DNA from: a phage
DNA length: 64,000 bases
Sequence record: PZ445517.1
Strand: one strand, 5' to 3'
Shown: positions 62,694-64,000 of the stretch, one piece after another
Numbering within the stretch: the first letter of the stretch is position 1
How the letters are laid out: each line of letters starts with the position of its first letter
The notes under the pieces: generated by a model
Told to the model about the DNA's origin: nothing
Databases searched by the model: none
Seen by the model: the letters and a program-made list of their open reading frames with translations, nothing else
Translations under genes and position numbers: made by a program

Positions 62694-63542
62694 TTAATCA
62701 ACTGCTATCGGATGAATAGCATTAAACTTATGAAATGCTTCTGATTTTTCTTTACGCGAAACACACATGCGAAGAACCTTTAATGGCTCGTCTTCTTCAC
62801 CCAACGATTTTCGTTTTTCAATATTCGATGTTTTCCAACGAGCTTGCTCTGGAAACTCTCTATTGATTTGCTCAAGCGCTCTATTATGTTTAGAATTACT
62901 ACGAATTGAACTGCACCCGCCAGGAGCTTGTGCTTTTCCAGATACAACCAGATATTTGAACAAGGCCAAATGCGGATAACCTTGATTAATTAAATTGAGA
63001 AATGCATACATATCTTCGCATAAATCAATTTTTCCATACCCAATTTGTTCTGTCGTAAGTTTTCCGAGGTCATACCATGTATTCGTGAATCCATATGAAT
63101 TTTCACGATAATTACCCCAAGATGAAGTAATTTTAAAAATTGGTAAACGAGCATGGCCATGATAATATCCGCAATCCATGGCATCCTCGACATATTGAAT
63201 CAATTCATAGAACTGTTCACGAGTTAATTGATTGACTTTATCTACACAACGACGATCATCTCTTTTTCGCATTGAACTCATACGAATAGTAGTATCATCG
63301 TCAATCATCCAAATTCGTTGACCTGCATACATATCAGTAATTGCTTTACGAGTTCCAGCAATTCCATTTACATCATCAGGAATAGTTATAATTTTAGCTC
63401 TAGACCCATAGGCATCATAATAAGCTTTTTCTTCGTGTTCACGTACTACAATATGTGGTTCATAATCAGTCGGAAACATATCAAGGGCAGAAACTGCCCC
63501 TACACGTTGATAGCTTGGAATTACGAATTGAATCATTTCCAC
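62694..63542 (-). CDS. GT-A fold glycosyltransferase in bgt slot (beta-glucosyl-HMC alpha-glucosyltransferase-like)
   Basis: 282 aa; N-terminal VIPSYQR and DxD motif (MIDDD); between uvsX and 42 where T4 has the unrelated 351-aa beta-gt. Confidence 0.55.
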   Translation of the reverse strand: MEMIQFVIPSYQRVGAVSALDMFPTDYEPHIVVREHEEKAYYDAYGSRAKIITIPDDVNGIAGTRKAITDMYAGQRIWMIDDDTTIRMSSMRKRDDRRCVDKVNQLTREQFYELIQYVEDAMDCGYYHGHARLPIFKITSSWGNYRENSYGFTNTWYDLGKLTTEQIGYGKIDLCEDMYAFLNLINQGYPHLALFKYLVVSGKAQAPGGCSSIRSNSKHNRALEQINREFPEQARWKTSNIEKRKSLGEEDEPLKVLRMCVSRKEKSEAFHKFNAIHPIAVD

Positions 63543-64000
63543 TCACCGTTATAATCTTTTTTCACAATATGAGTTTCGCCAGTATTCCACCAATGATCAA
63601 CCAAGTAAAAATGACGAGAATATACATGAAGACTTCCAACATTCCATATAATAGAACCTGCTTTATACTGACGAGTTGAATCGCCTGCATTCAAATCAGA
63701 TACTAATTTATCTAATACGTATTTTTGCCATGCATAATCATTACGGAATCCGAAGACCACGTCATTTGAGCGCATGCTTACTACTGCATTGACTTTCTTA
63801 TCACGAATCAGGTACTGTACTGTATTAGTACACATGAAATCTGACATACCATCTTTATTGTAGTCAAATTGCATGGATGGACGAGTATAAATCATGATAC
63901 CACGTCGAGAATCAGGATTTTGACCAAGTTCAGCTAAACACATATCATACTGGGCATAGTTATCTTCTGACCAAATAGCCCAACCATAATTCGAGTTAAT
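63533..64000 (-). CDS. 42: dCMP hydroxymethylase gp42 (3' portion; 5' end beyond window)
   Basis: Open frame continues to window edge; C-terminal sequence matches recalled T4 gp42. Confidence 0.9.
   Translation of the reverse strand: MNSNYGWAIWSEDNYAQYDMCLAELGQNPDSRRGIMIYTRPSMQFDYNKDGMSDFMCTNTVQYLIRDKKVNAVVSMRSNDVVFGFRNDYAWQKYVLDKLVSDLNAGDSTRQYKAGSIIWNVGSLHVYSRHFYLVDHWWNTGETHIVKKDYNGEWK

Overview
This window is a contiguous piece of a T-even (T4-like, Tequatrovirus-type) coliphage genome. In T4 order it runs from the gene 30.x region through rIII, 31, cd, pseT, alc, rnlA, denA, nrdB, nrdA, td, frd, 32, 59, 33, dsbA, rnh, the long-tail-fibre genes 34-38, t, asiA, arn, motA, 52, ac, stp, ndd, denB, rIIB, rIIA, 39, dexA, dda, modA, modB, soc, 56, 61, sp, 41, 40, uvsX, a glycosyltransferase and the 3' part of gene 42. 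Early and middle genes are on the minus strand; late genes 34-38 and t are on the plus strand. All identifications come from reading the translations, recalled T4 protein sequences and synteny; no database search was run, and the ORF track uses some non-ATG starts, so starts of hypothetical ORFs are approximate. The backbone is classical, but several features are T2/T6-like rather than T4-like: an unsplit gene 39, a gp38 adhesin with glycine-rich motifs, a gp37 C-terminal chaperone domain, a GT-A glycosyltransferase in the bgt slot, continuous td and nrdB, and no homing-endonuclease ORFs. The best candidates for something not described in the T4 reference are a diverged Dam-family methyltransferase between nrdA and nrdB (with no dam between 56 and 61), an extra ORF between frd and td, a NADAR/YbiA-like ORF, and a Cys/Ser-tailed small protein; none of these is a convincing multi-gene system. 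Regulatory architecture is readable directly: a repeated early-promoter cassette, MotA-box middle promoters, TATAAATA late promoters, and many UUCG/GNRA hairpins on early transcripts.
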